NCBI GenBank assembly: GCA_032718475.1
Contig: JAUCBJ010008729.1
Location: 1,486 to 65,485, forward strand
Source of the DNA: Nemertoderma westbladi
Taxonomy: Eukaryota; Animalia; Xenacoelomorpha
DNA length: 64,000 nt
Reading direction: 5' to 3'
In this document: piece after piece, positions 1 through 12,831 of the stretch
Numbering within the stretch: position 1 is the first letter of the stretch
Layout of the letters: every line of letters starts with the position of its first letter
Made by a program: the position numbers and the translations under genes
The notes under the pieces: model-generated
The model's input: only the letters and a program-made list of their open reading frames with translations
Database searches by the model: none
What the model was told of the DNA's origin: nothing

Positions 1-1215
1 TGGCAATCCCGGGATCCCGGGATTCCGGGATCCCGGGATCCCGGAATAAAATGCAATCCCGAAATCCCGGGATTCAAGAACAAAAATCCCGGGATTTTGG
101 TTAAAGCATTTCCACAGGTTGACAGTAACAATTTAATACAGTATATCGTGACAATAATGTCATTATTAATGTCCATGTAGGTAGGGCTAGGCCTAAACCA
201 GTAACACTGTTACAATAGGGCCAAACTGAAACTATACCGGATGTGATGGACTGTGCATGCATACCGGTACCGGCCAGTACTGGCTGAGTGGTAGTAGGAC
301 GCACCTGTCTTTGCAATGACATAGGCTTCTGATACTGATACTTACAGTAGTTTAGTTGTACCGGTCCTTTACCGGTAATTTGAGTTGGCCTCTATAAATA
401 ATAACAATGGCAGATGGACAGTTTACACATTTCAAATCTGAAGGAGTATGGCAGAACTTCCTTAGACACGGGGATGTAGCTAAGTGTATATTTCAAGTAT
501 GTGATTCACCGTGTAACAAGTTAATAAAGTGTGGTGGCGGATCTACAAAAGGTCTACACACGCACCTAAAATCCGTGCATAATACCAACCTTCTTAAAAA
601 GAAGATTACCACCAATTCCAATGAAAACGACACCGCTGATATTACTGAAGCTCAGGTTAAATCTACTAATAAAGCAAGGCCTATTCAAAAAACTTTAACA
701 ATCGACAACTACTTTGGGTCCAAGGAATATTCACTCAATGCAGTACTACCTAGATTAATAGCAGTCAGGCAGTGGATGGCCTTCCATTTTCTGTGTTTGA
801 GACATCGTGTGATTTACGTTGTCTTTTTCAAAGGTCTGGATACACCTTGCCAATTTCACATAATTCAGTCAGTTCGCATATTAAGAAATTCGCTGAAGAA
901 TGTCGAACAATTGTTAACGATTAACTACTGTTTATTAACTGTTTGTTAACTACAGTATAATAGTTAACTATAGGTTAACTACTGTATATTAGTTAACTTT
1001 AGTTAACTACTTTAACAGTATCAGTATCAGTAATAGATACCTAATATTAATATTAAAAAAAGGAAATTCATTGCTATTAATTGACACAAGTATTTTTTCA
1101 CCTACATTATTCCTGAAATTCTAAATCCCGGGATTAATCCCGGGATCCCGGGATTGGACCATTTCTGATCCCGGAATCCCGGGATTTCAATAACCCTCCG
1201 GGATTGCCAGCCCTA
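1..1215 (+). mobile_element. Non-autonomous hAT-type DNA transposon (left end starts just before the window), inserted into a LINE RT
   Basis: The right terminus ...CCGGGATTGCCAGCCCTA (ends 1215) is the reverse complement of TAGGGCTGGCAATCCCGG, and the window begins TGGCAATCCCGG. Dense subterminal ATCCCGGGA(T) repeats lie at 1-100 and 1124-1205. TAGGG ends and a BED finger are typical of hAT. The left TSD is outside the window. Confidence 0.85.
407..949 (+). pseudogene. Truncated hAT transposase N-terminus (BED zinc finger only)
   Basis: VWQNF...AKC..VC...C...IKCGGGSTKGLHTHLKSVH fits the BED motif. No DDE catalytic or dimerisation domain follows. Confidence 0.8.
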
Positions 1216-3015
1216 CCCATAAGGTCATAGATTGCGGAGTTACTAACATAGCTTCCGACATGCAATAAGTTTCTGAGGACACGCCGATGCAAGGCATCAT
1301 CGGACTCCCGTTCAGAACTAGAAATCGAGCCTATTACAAGGTGGGTAAAGAACAGTAGCCGAGGCTCAGCCACAGACCTCCACAGTGTAGCTATGGTATC
1401 TATGCTATACCACCTTGTTGTCCAACCCTTCGTATAGAATAAACTTGAGAGGAGTAACAGTTCTTGACGAATATCGCAAACAATATCATTTTCTGAGCCA
1501 AAGATTTTTACCCCAAGAAAGGTCATTTGTCGACCCCGCATAATATTGCAGCCGTTGATTCTTATGCTGCTGTGAATGTCAACACCCATTGGTTTGCCTG
1601 TAGGCTCCCGAACGATCCAACATGTTTTGGAATCTTCAATGTCCAAAGAAATATTATTTGCACCCACATTAATCCGATCTGTAATAATTTGTAGATCTTT
1701 CTCTGAGGAACACATCACGAGGTAATCATCTGCATAATTAATTACACCAAGCCACAGGCCCGCAATGATACAACCTAATCCCAGTTCTTCCAAATCAGTC
1801 ATTATTTCCATTGTATAGATATTGAAAAATAAAGGAGATAGAACTGATCCTTGTTTCACACCATTATGGACACGAAAACCAGTAACATCAATACTCTGTC
1901 CAAATTTACAATAGAAAATAGTCTGTCTGTAGTAGCTTATAATCAATAATAGCAAAGAAGGGTGAAGAATATCTTCCAATTTCCGGTAAAGTCCCAGATG
2001 GCTTACCCTATCAAATGCAGAACTAAGATCCAGTTTGCAAAGGAATACTGGAGATCCCCCCTTTGAATAATACTCTAGAGTCTCAAAAACAAGTGCAACA
2101 ACCATGTCCGTTCCTATGCGTTTCTTGTAGGCAAACTGTAGGCTATTTATAGGAAATAATTTGTAGTTCATCATTATATCTTCCATGATAAGGGCCTCAA
2201 AGATTTTTGCAAGCAGGCAAACACTGGATACGGGTCGATATGACTTTGAAAGAAGTCTACTACGATGTCCACCTTTATATATACTGCTAATCAACGTATG
2301 TCCAAATAATTCTGGCACAGCTCCTAGTCTTAGACAATTATTAAAAAGAAATTCCAGAACATTAGTGATGAGATCAATATCCAGTGCTTGTAGATGCTCA
2401 GCTACTATTGAGGCAAAATCCGCTGCCTTACCCAGAGGGAGGCACATTATCGCCCTTCTAATAGCTCCTTTACCAAAGCTATACTTTGCTGATTTGTCAC
2501 ATAAGCCTTTTAGTTTATCAACCAGATTATTGATCTCCCCAACTTCATGATTTGCTTGAAATCTTTGCTTCATTTCATTCCTAAGATTTTCCTGAATAAC
2601 CTCAGGGATAACATTGTCTGTTCGTTGTTTAGAGCTAAAGTGCCGCCAGAAATCTGACATATTGCTAATTGGACGAATCATATTTAGTTTATCAGATAAA
2701 TGTTTCTTAGCTAGATAATTTCTAAGCCGACGCATATGCTTTTTTGACTCTTTAAATGCAACACTATAGATATCATTCTCATCCTTCCCCCGACTGCACC
2801 ATACTTTGTAAAGTTCTTTTGTTGTTGAGCATCTCTCTCTAAGAATATTACTCCTTACACGATGATTTTTAGTATATCGACGTCGACGAAGTAGAGGGAT
2901 AGAATGTTTGGCAGAATCTATAATTAGGTTCTGGAGTCTTTTGCTAAACATATTCATATCCTCTATTGTCATATTTTCCTTCATACACTGCTCCATTACT
3001 CCATCCAACTCCATG
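1216..3015 (-). mobile_element. LINE fragment (linker + reverse transcriptase), interrupted by the hAT
   Basis: C-terminal ~600 aa of ORF 1134..3674: YRPVS, QFAYKK, LDLSSAFDRV, GVKQGSVLSPLFFNIY, YADD. The apparent C-terminus reads into the hAT TIR. Confidence 0.85.
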
Positions 3016-4281
3016 TGCGTCCAAAATTTTACAATGTAAAATTTTCGACGCAAGGCTAAAGGTACCGCGCCACTTTCCCCGTATACCATAAAATTTGGTG
3101 TACTGCGCTTTATTCCTAAAACCCTTTTAATGAATCCCAAATGGACACGTTCGGCAGCCGGTGCCATGTGAAAGCCCCACACCTCTGATCCGTACATAAG
3201 TATAGGTAATATTAAACATTCGAATAGTCTGTATCGCAATTCGAATGTAACATTTGGGAAACAGTTAAGGTGCCTAAAAAGTGAAAACAGTGCTTTCTGC
3301 GCCTTTTCGGCAAGCACCTTTTGGGCAGTTGAGAATTTCCCTGTGGTGGTAAAATCGATTCCCAAGTAAGTATATTGGGACACCACCTCGACTACCTTTG
3401 ATTTATAGAACCATTTATTACTTAGGGTGCTCCCTTTTCTAAACACTATAATCTTTGTCTTTGCCAAATTTACCTCGAGAGACCAGTAATCCGCAAACGA
3501 ACCCAATGTGCCCAAAGATGTCTGCAGTTTTGTTGCGCTATTTGCCATGAGAATGACGTCATCAGCGTATAATAGGAGGAACAACTGTAGATGACCTACA
3601 TGTAGACCCTCAAACCCAACAGCTGCCAATTCCGCCTCCAAGTCGTTCAAGAATAGAGAGGGGGGATAAAGCATCCCCTTGCATTACCCCTACAAGTATA
3701 TCGAACTGATCGGAATAATTACTGTTCCACCTAACCCGAGCCTTAGCTGCGCTGTAAATGCTCTTTACGATTCCGAAGATTTTTCCTCCAAAGCCTAAAC
3801 TACCAAGTTTTATCCAAAGGGCCTTGTGGTTAACGCTATCGAACGCACGACGAAAGTCAACGAAAGCGCAGTATAATTTATTCCCAGATTGTTTTGTGAA
3901 GTGGGAAATAAGACCATGGAGAATAAGAATGTGATCAGTCGCTCCGTAACCTGTTCTGAACCCACCTTGGGCTTCCGATCTAGCACCTGTGCAATCGGCC
4001 CACCATGTCAGTCTTGCGTTTATAATTCCTGTGAAAAGTTTACCAACACAACTCAGAAGCGAAATTCCTCGGTAATTACTCGAATCTAGCCTGTCTCCCT
4101 TGTTCTTATATATCGGGTTAATTAGTGCAGTCGCCCATGCCTCCGGAAAATATTCTACATAAGGCACCTCATTGAATAATACAGTCAAGGTGGGGGTTAA
4201 CTGCTCTTCACCTTCCATTAAGAATTCATTAATTAGTAAGTCTATACCTATTACTATTAATCTCCTCGTTCCTAGTTCCAA
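3016..4281 (-). pseudogene. LINE ORF2 reverse transcriptase (two frames)
   Basis: NYRGISLLS, QGGFR, FVDFRRAFDSV, GVMQGDALSP, then after a frameshift LLYADD, VNLAKTK, YLG, LMYGSEVWG. Confidence 0.9.
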
Positions 4282-5546
4282 GATTCCTCGTTCCTAGTGC
4301 GCTTCCAGTTTGTCACGGCTGTTTGAAATAGACATCTGTTATTTCGACAATCGTCATTGTACCACGGGTGAGATACTCTAGATGAATCATTTGTAGCGCT
4401 CAGTTTGTTAGCGGACGCAAAATATTTGTCAGCCACCCCTGATAAACTATCACATAATTTTTCTGCCGCACAGTCGATATCGTTTTTCTCTATTTTGCCG
4501 CAAGTAACTAAATCAATCACATCGTCTAACTTAGCCTGGAATTCAGGTGAAGCTAAGTCTTGTTTAAATTTGGACGAATATTTTTCTTTCCAGAAGTACT
4601 TTTTGTTATTGTTTATAGTAGTCCCTTGAGTATCAGACTGGTTAGTTCTGGGTGAAGTTTGTAGCTGCGATATAGTGTTACCTGTCATAGTCATTTTCAA
4701 AACACAGTGTTTGGTAAACTCATTTGGGTCGTTTACTGTAAAAGAGCTGCATCGCTTGATAATGTCCAAACTACCAACCACATAGTCAATGGTGGATTTG
4801 CCGATCCCTTTTCCAGTTGAATAATATGTAAATTTTCCAACCCCTTTATCCTCACCTGCCCTTCCATTAAATATACGCAAGCCGGTTGCCTTACATAGTT
4901 CTAGTAACCTTTTACCATGGGGATTTATAACAGTATCCATATTGGATCTTGGTACACTACATTCCCCCCACATATCCGGTTGAATGTCGTCGTCAAAAGA
5001 GTAATCCGGGGGAAGTAGGTCGTCCAACATAGACCCGCTTACGTCATTTTCAATATAATCTGGTTCTGATGATGTTCTAGAATTTAAGTCACCAAAAATG
5101 ATTACATCATTAGAACGTTGGTATGCACCCACACCCTCTTCGATCAGATCAAAAATTGCAATCGGATCGTTAGAGTACTGAGTGCTTCCTTGTGGTGGTA
5201 TGTAGGCCGCGCACAAAATAATATCTTTGTCTAGGTCTAATTTTGTTTTATCAAGTTTAACCCATATCATGTCGTCATTTCCGAATTCTTGCAACAGAGA
5301 GACGGCGCCGTCGTAAATATCTTTGTAAAATAAAGTAACGCCCCCACTAAATCTATTTGCCCTAGGATGTTTCCTTTTTCTAGTGGTTGAAAGGGTGAAG
5401 TACCCGTATAGATTAATATCTAACTTACTTAAAGGGCTCAGCCATGTCTCGGTTGTGATAAAAAAGTCACATTGTTTGATTATGTTGCAAAAATTTGGAT
5501 CAGTAAGTTTCAGAGTTAACCCTTCAACATTTAACATACCAAACAC
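4272..5546 (-). pseudogene. LINE ORF2 apurinic endonuclease (APE) domain + linker
   Basis: LNVEGL, ETW, GGV, AYIPP, GDLNSR, FTY, STIDY and the terminal H match APE motifs; PWYNDDC linker follows. Confidence 0.9.
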
Positions 5547-5611
5547 TATATTACTAAAACAGCTTACAGTAGGTTTGTAGTTGGGTTTGTCATCATTCCG
5601 GTTTCGTTTAC

Positions 5612-6830
5612 CTAACCTGCAGTCTGGTCTGGTGGGTTGGGAGGGTGTGGCGGTTGTCTAACCGAATTCCCTTGTTGAGTCATGGGGGTCTGTTCATAGT
5701 CCGTTGAGACAGGCTGGTGGTCGCCTGTTCCGTGTCTGGGTGTGTCTATTATTCTACGACGGCCCGATGGACCTATAGAATGAGACCTAGTATTGTACTG
5801 AGACCTAGATGTTTGTAAACCTTTACCCGTGGGGTTTCCAATTTTCTTTACAACATTTTCTAGACTTGTTGTTCGTTGTTGTTTAGTTTTGGGTCTACCT
5901 CTTGGGTGACCGTTTGATTGTTTGGGGGCGGGTGGATTCGCGAGGGGGGTTGGCGGCATTACTGCCGGGATAGTCTCAGGCAACTTAGAAATATTAGCAA
6001 TATTTTCATTTGCATTATTACTCTGACTTACGCCGGGCAAATATGCCTGGTTGGATAGGACGTTAGAGCGAACGCTATTCACGTTTGTAACGGTTGCTAA
6101 GGGTTGTTGGCTACTGGGAATTCTGGAATCACCTGTGTTAGCAACCCCCGCTTGAGTGGCAGATAAAATACTACTTGTATTATGATGATGGTCTACAGTA
6201 GAATGATTAAAATTAAAATTATGTTGCGCCGCCCCTTGAATATGAGTAATGCATACTGGGACTGTATATGGAATAGGAACAGAAAAGGGAACCCCAACCA
6301 TATCTGGGTAGGAGCTGTTCCGTGCAAATTCATGACTGGGTAAATAGTACCTCGGTAGAGCACCAGTAGGAGCAGCCGACCCAGATATACCGTTAAACAC
6401 CATGGGTACAGAACCTGGATGTACATTGTTAAGGGGTGATTGTGATTGGTTAATATTGGTAGTATGGGATGGGTGATTGTTAGTATAAAGATATTCCTTC
6501 CCTGTTATTAATATGAAAATGATTATTATGATCATAACTACTGACATTATTATCAGTTGGCATATTTGAATTGCGACTTATGAAGCTGTTACTACCGGTA
6601 TACGTATTATTATGAGAGAAATAATGAGTGTTACTATTATAACTACCAGACACTACACCTGTATTAGCAGATTGTTCGCAGTTTGAAACTAGGATGTCAT
6701 TCAGTCTAACATTCGTTCTGTCAAACTCAAACACCTCCCAACCGCTAATTCTTCTTCCGTTCACCATCAAGCTATTCCCGGTTACGCGTGATTGCATTCC
6801 TCTTTTCTCCGCCTCACGGTTCAGCCTGTG
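5612..6830 (-). pseudogene. LINE ORF1 C-terminal part (low complexity, N/P/Q-rich, basic)
   Basis: Frames 6480..6797 and 5612..6547 lie immediately upstream of the APE ORF on the same strand. The call rests mainly on position. Confidence 0.55.
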
Positions 6831-7240
6831 TAAAGTATAAAGTAAATATAAAGTAATTTTAATTATAGATACTAATCGTAGTTTAGTTTTATCTTTTTAT
6901 TTATTATTAAACAATTTCATTAGGAAAATTTTTAACTTTATCTCCCTTCCACTATCTTTATTTCCAGTACTGTGTAAAGATTTACTCTGTGGTGGACAAC
7001 GTTATAAGCGGACAAGTTATTCAGACGGTCGGGCAGCACGCCGGACACACGACTCGGACACCGGGCAGGCAGGACAGAAATCTCAATAAAATCGTCATCC
7101 GAGCGGGTATGTTGGTACTCTAATAATGTTAAAATTTTATTGAGACTGAAATTTTACATGTGACGGACGTTTATTTAGGTCTGAAATCGTTTATGATTTA
7201 TTATTACATAGTAATTACGCCATAGAGACGAATATTGTGG

Positions 7241-7330
7241 CAACAGCACCATATTGGGATGTAGCAACACCATATTGGGATGTGGCAAGGGCAACACCAT
7301 ATTGGGATGTAGCAACACCATATTGGGATA
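7241..7330. repeat. Short array (~4 copies) of the 21-bp unit TAGCAACACCATATTGGGATG
   Basis: Seen directly; same unit as 50861-51232. Confidence 0.85.
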
Positions 7331-7499
7331 TATAATAATCGGTTATACGTTTCGTTTGACATTCAAATTAATAAAATTGTCACAAATTCTATAACTAAAG
7401 TAATTCAGTTAACACAGTTCAAATGATATAAATACCAAATACAGTACGGGTATATATAAATATAAATATAATCATAAGTATTTTTTACTTTGAAATTGT

Positions 7500-8290
7500 G
7501 TACAAAACACAGACCCCAGACCCCCAGGTACAAAACACAGACCCCCCCCCCCCAGGTACAAAACACAGACCCCCCAGGTACAAAACACAGACCCCCCCCC
7601 CCAGGTACAAAACACAGACCCCCCCCCCAGGTACAAAACACAGACCCCCCCCAGGTACAAAACACAAACCCCCCTAGGTACAAAACACAGACCCTCCCCC
7701 CCCAGGTACAAAACACAGACCCCACCCCCAGGTACAAAACACAGACCCCCCCCCCCCAGGTGAAAAAAACACAGACCCCTAGGTACAAAACACAGACTCC
7801 CCCAGGTACAAAACACACACCCCCCAGGTACAAAACACAGACCCCCCCCCCCCCAGGTACAAAACACAGACCCCCCCCCAGGTACAAAACACAGACCCCC
7901 CCAGGTACAAAACACAGACCCCCCCAGGTACAAAACACAGACCCCCCCCCCAGGTACAAAACACAGACCCCCAGGTACAAAACACAGACCCCCCCAGGTA
8001 CAAAACACAGACCCCCCCAGGTACAAAACACAGACCCCCCCAGGTACAAAACACAGACCCCCCCAGGTACAAAACACAGACCCCCCAGGTACAAAACACA
8101 GACCCCCCCAGGTACAAAACACAGACCCCCCCAGGTACAAAACACAGACCCCCACAGGTACAAAACACAGACCCCCTCAGGTACAAAACACAGACCCCCA
8201 CAGGTACAAAACACAGACCCCCCCAGGTACAAAACACAGACCCCCACAGGTACAAAACACAGACCCCCCAGGTACAAAACACAGACCCCC
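7500..8290. repeat. Minisatellite, ~32 copies of GGTACAAAACACAGA(C)nA with a variable C run
   Basis: Seen directly. The overlapping ORFs here are repeat artefacts. Confidence 0.97.
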
Positions 8291-8646
8291 TGAATAAACC
8301 CAAATGGGCGGAAATGTAATATTAACTGAAAGCGGTTATTCTAAACACAATATAGAATGCGAGCAGCATAGGGTGCCATTATACATATATTGTATATTTG
8401 TAGCCAAAGAACCACAAAAAAAGTTTTACATCTAGTATATTATATATATAAGGGGGATATATATATACATATATATGGCGATATATATTTATTCCAGGTT
8501 TCTTTGAATGATTTAATATTTATGATCCAAAAATGTTTTGGCCTCTTAGGAAATTCCTTTCTCTGCGTTTCTTAGAAAAATTGTTTAGCTAAATTCGAGA
8601 AAATGGAAATTGAATAAAGACATATATGACGATGAGATTTGGCCAT

Positions 8647-9787
8647 TGTTCGCGCTTTCAGACCTTTAGCAGTTTAACCTGCCAATTTTAGGTGTCCTCT
8701 TGTTTATAAATCGACTTTAGCCTATAACAACTATTTAATGCACATGAAGTAACATTAGCCGAAGCCAGTCTATGCCCGATCATTCACCCACAGTTAAGGG
8801 AGACTGGATTCGGATGCTTTGAAAGGATTGCGGTGCAGACCTACAGTATTATTCGATTGATAGTTACTATATAATCTCTGACAATATTATTCACTTTCGG
8901 GGAAATATTAACAGTTCCTTTAGGACGTGGCGCTTTAAGTATAAAACAGAGTTATGACTTATACTAAACATAACGAGATGGCTATTGATTTTCGTAAATG
9001 GCGCATTCTTTAGGAGATGCTTTATTATCTGTCACACTGCTGCATACGACTTCACACTGCTGCACACTGATCTGCCGACCGTCACTGAATTTGATCATAT
9101 ATAAGGAGGATAGCAACTGACACATGTAGGGATTATGAAATAGCATTTAATGCACACTAAAACCACTGTAATGTAAGTCGCAATTGCTACCGGTAACCGG
9201 TCTCTCTAACCTTTGGTAATCAAGAAGATTGGGGTTTTATGATTATTTATCGATATTCTCCAAATATAACAACATATCTATCAACATGTAACAATTAATA
9301 ACCGACAGTAAATAGCAGTAAAATAATGCGGTGTATAGGATTGAGTGAGTGCAGTTTCATCAGTCAGGCCCAGTCGAAATGCATTGAGTCAGTACCGCAG
9401 TTGGTAGGTGCAGATAATAGATTTACGTTTTTATAATCAAAGCCGTCTAATGTTGGCCAAAGTCTGAAACTTCTAACACAGAAGCACAGAATAATTTCCA
9501 AGCAGTTGTTCTCGCTCAGAAAGTAAAACAAAGACCGTAATGCATTGCGCGATTTCCCGTAGGCTTCTTTGTAAGATAAAATGAAAATTGCTCTGATTGG
9601 TCGAGCGAGCCAAACAAAGAAAGTTCCACATCAACAGCAAATCAGCTGACAGATTTCGTCATCTGAACTACACTCTATTTAGAGTATTTGGCGTATTGCG
9701 GCATAAAATGGCTTGTTATATCCGCTAAAACACCTACAGGGTACATTGCGGAGAAAATTACTGGTTATATCCGCAAAAGCTTTTACA
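8647..9787 (-). repeat. 3' LTR of element A (1141 bp)
   Basis: TGTTCGCG...TTTTACA on the + strand; matches the split copy with about 14 substitutions counted by eye. Confidence 0.95.
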
Positions 9788-9800
9788 CCGCTCCCAGAAA
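9788..9800 (-). other. Short polypurine tract of element A (minus strand TTTCTGGGAGCGG|TG)
   Basis: Purine-rich run abutting the 3' LTR, with the same GGAGCGG core as in element B. Confidence 0.7.
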
Positions 9801-9865
9801 ATGGGATTTAATTCTATAAAATATAAAAAATCACAGTTTCTAAAATATAAAAATACTCTAAACAG

Positions 9866-12831
9866 TTAGTCTTTCTTACGCGGACGGCGTTTACGCAGTT
9901 TTTTGAGGCTAGCAAGAGTCCTTTTCTCTTTGGTGCGAGCCACTTTACTAGGAGGGCTATAACTCCTGGGTGAAGGGTGCAATACAATTGCATCGGAAGG
10001 TTTAGGATTACGGTCAGTGTATCCGCCGGTCGAGGTACCCGGTTGATCGATATCAACCTCAGTGGAGCGAGGTCGAACAACCTTCAGAGCGCGTTTCAGT
10101 ACAGCAGCTCTTACTGGTCCCTGACGAGTCGTTTGCACGAGAGCGGTGGGTAGACCGTGAGTAGTGAGAAATTTCCTCGGTTTGATGGTTCTTTCTAACT
10201 CACGTTCTCGGGCTCTATATTCATAGGGCGTCTATGAACTTCCTGTAGTTCTGGATGCGAGTTGATGAACAAATCGCCATATTCCGGATCTTCACGAATG
10301 AAGTTGATCAAGTTATAGGAATTGAGATCGTTGGGCTTAATGTTCCTGAGATATTTACGAACAAATTTGGTTGAAATACTCTCGCCAACACGCTTCATTA
10401 GTTCGTAACTTGGTATGCGAGATTTTTGTTCAACAGACGCGAATAGATAAGGGTGGAACGCATAAACTCCTTCATAGGCGCGTCCAGGGTAATAGCGATG
10501 ACGTGACTCACAATGTAAATCCGCATTCGCTTCCCAGGCTCGGATGTAGCGCAGTGTAATCATTTCATCCACGCTTTCCAGATCGCGGTTGAAAGGGCAA
10601 TCAAAACTTGCATGTCCTTTAAACTGACAATCATGGCATTGAGTCATAAATTGGGGGCAGACTGAGAAAATGTGCAGGTTATTGAGTCTACAATATGCAC
10701 AATAGATCTCCATAGTAGGCTGTTCATGGAAGTAGGAGCAGGGTACGTTGGAGTCTACAGGGGTGAAATGGTCTCGAGATGCGCATAATCGACAACGTTT
10801 CCTAGAGACATAATTGGCGTGTCGATAGTCGTACGCAGTGAGACATTGTGGACCCTGATACCATTCCAGGACGTAGTCGTTGTCACTACTCCGGGGTGTT
10901 GTGGGCTGAATCTCCTCAGATTCTAAGCATATTGGTTCGTCTTCCAATTGCATAGCTGAGGTAGGTGTAGCTGTCTCCTCAAGCGAACCCAGTGTCTGAA
11001 CTTCCACGATAGAATAACCCATGGGGATTTGAGGTCTTTGTATAACAGAGGAATGTAAGTTCTGTATACAAACGTCCTTGAAAATGGTGAATCCAGCGCT
11101 GTCTAACTTCTCAGCAGCTGAGTCTCTTAGGCTGAGCTTGGTCAGAGCACGGTCCTTGAACTGACTATCAACGTTACGGAACGGAGTCAGAAAGCGCCTG
11201 AAGCATTCGAAGCGGATGAATTTATTGTGTTTATCTAGCTTGGCGAGTTTGGTTCCAAGTATTAAGGGATGGGCGCGTATAGTACGACTGCACACATCGG
11301 CTAGCCAACCGGCAAGTGCGGCGTTTTCGAAGATAGTGTATATAGCTAATGAGGGACGAAGTGGAACACTCATGAAGCTATACACGACACCAGGTGCGGT
11401 CAATGGTCCGTCGAAGTATAATCGAGAATAATGATCTCCATATACTTGTTGATAGTTGATAGGATTTCCGACTTTGAAATTCCATCCGTATTCTTGAAAG
11501 GCAAGATGTCCGATGGAGGTTCGTTGTACTTTATTGATACCGCTGGGTGTATTGGCATACATAGTTCGGAAGAAACCTCGGCCTTCTGCCCAGGGAGCAA
11601 TCAACTGAGTGTCTACGAAAGGATATGGAATGTTCTCCATGTTCCTGTTGTATTCCTAATATGTTTTCCGCCATTGATGGTAGAGAGCAGGGGAAGACCT
11701 ATGTCACATTCCGAAATATTTAGAAATACGATCTCAGTAGGAGGATGCAACATTCGAAGACCATCTTCAAATGAATTTATCCCCGATCATTAAGGGAGGT
11801 GAACAACCAGATTTATGACACATAATGGTACCAGTTGTTCACAGACTATCCACGTGTCCTTTCAGTCCTTGTATCACGGTCGTGGACTTAAGGAAATTAT
11901 TGGTGGTTGATTATCTAATCAACAACAAGAGGGATGGAAGTTGATATTATAAATACCAACACAATGGTACATGGACAGGAGGTGCGGACACCAATATAAG
12001 CATCCAAATAAACAGTAAGGGTGAGAGGTTTAGTAAGAGGCGGTACGATCAATACCACGATACGGCAATGATTGGTCGATCGTCTCCCAAAAGCTCCGAG
12101 CGCGTTGGGAAGAGAGGATGGGACGAAGTGTGTTGTATCTTTAATAGCGATGTATAGAGGGAGAATAGTAGTAAGGAGGAGGAAGGATATGTGGTAGTAT
12201 CTATAAGATACCATGATGGACATGTTTTTCCGTTACATCATCATTCATTCTTGCTCATTGATGGCGACACTGATCACAATAATTGCAGGAAGAGGATGAA
12301 GTAAGAGGAAATTACAGCCTCCCGAAGGAGACCGCCCGCGAGCACCCGTGCCCCGGGGAAAACTATTCACATTATGGACCCTGGACATTAACGTATGATT
12401 TTTCTCCAGTGGGTTCTCCTCTACTTGCTCTTTTAAACTTTCCTCCACATTCTATCTTTCGCAGTGCGGTTTCGAATAGAATTCTCGTGTTCAATTCTTG
12501 GTTTATCGTTCCGACTCCGCTGGGTATGATATTTAAAGAGAACCATTTCCCTTTCGGTGTCTACATCGTCCGTATCGTGTAAATCGATAGGATGGCCAGT
12601 AGTTAAGAAGTCCATATAAGTACCATTACGATGCGTATAGCGAGCGGTGAATTTTCTATAGTCCAATTCACGTGTGAGTTGTTCCTTGGACATTGGCGGT
12701 TCGATATAACGGCCATCGTCCTCCGTAGTAGAGGGACTAGCGTCACCGCGTATTAAACTATCAACAAACGCTTGCAATGGTAGGGTATATCGCTCCCTGA
12801 TACCAAGATCATCTTCTATCAACTCAGTCAT
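9866..12831 (-). pseudogene. Element A accessory ORF3 (frameshifted; core frame 10195..11640), triple zinc-knuckle protein of unknown function
   Basis: Knuckles CRLC-x4-H, CAYC-x5-H-x4-C and CHDC-x4-H-x4-C. Colinear similarity to B ORF3 (PFVDT, LAD..R....HPL..G, RFLTPF.N, WE..AD.H). Frame 12433..12831 matches the B N-terminus. Basic tail in 9866..10138. Confidence 0.8.

Larger units (their letters stand above)
3016..6830 (-). mobile_element. APE-type LINE (ORF1 3' part + ORF2 endonuclease + RT), frameshifted and truncated at both ends
   Basis: ORF1-like low-complexity frames at 5612-6830, APE at 4272..5546, and RT split over 3610..4281 and 3016..3674. Confidence 0.85.

Noticed and set aside
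7081-7145. 12-bp inverted repeat TCTCAATAAAAT/ATTTTATTGAGA
   Set aside because: It is AT-rich and isolated, with no TSD or second copy to support a MITE or ncRNA.
7405-8303. Several 170-290 aa overlapping ORFs
   Set aside because: They are translations of a stop-free minisatellite.
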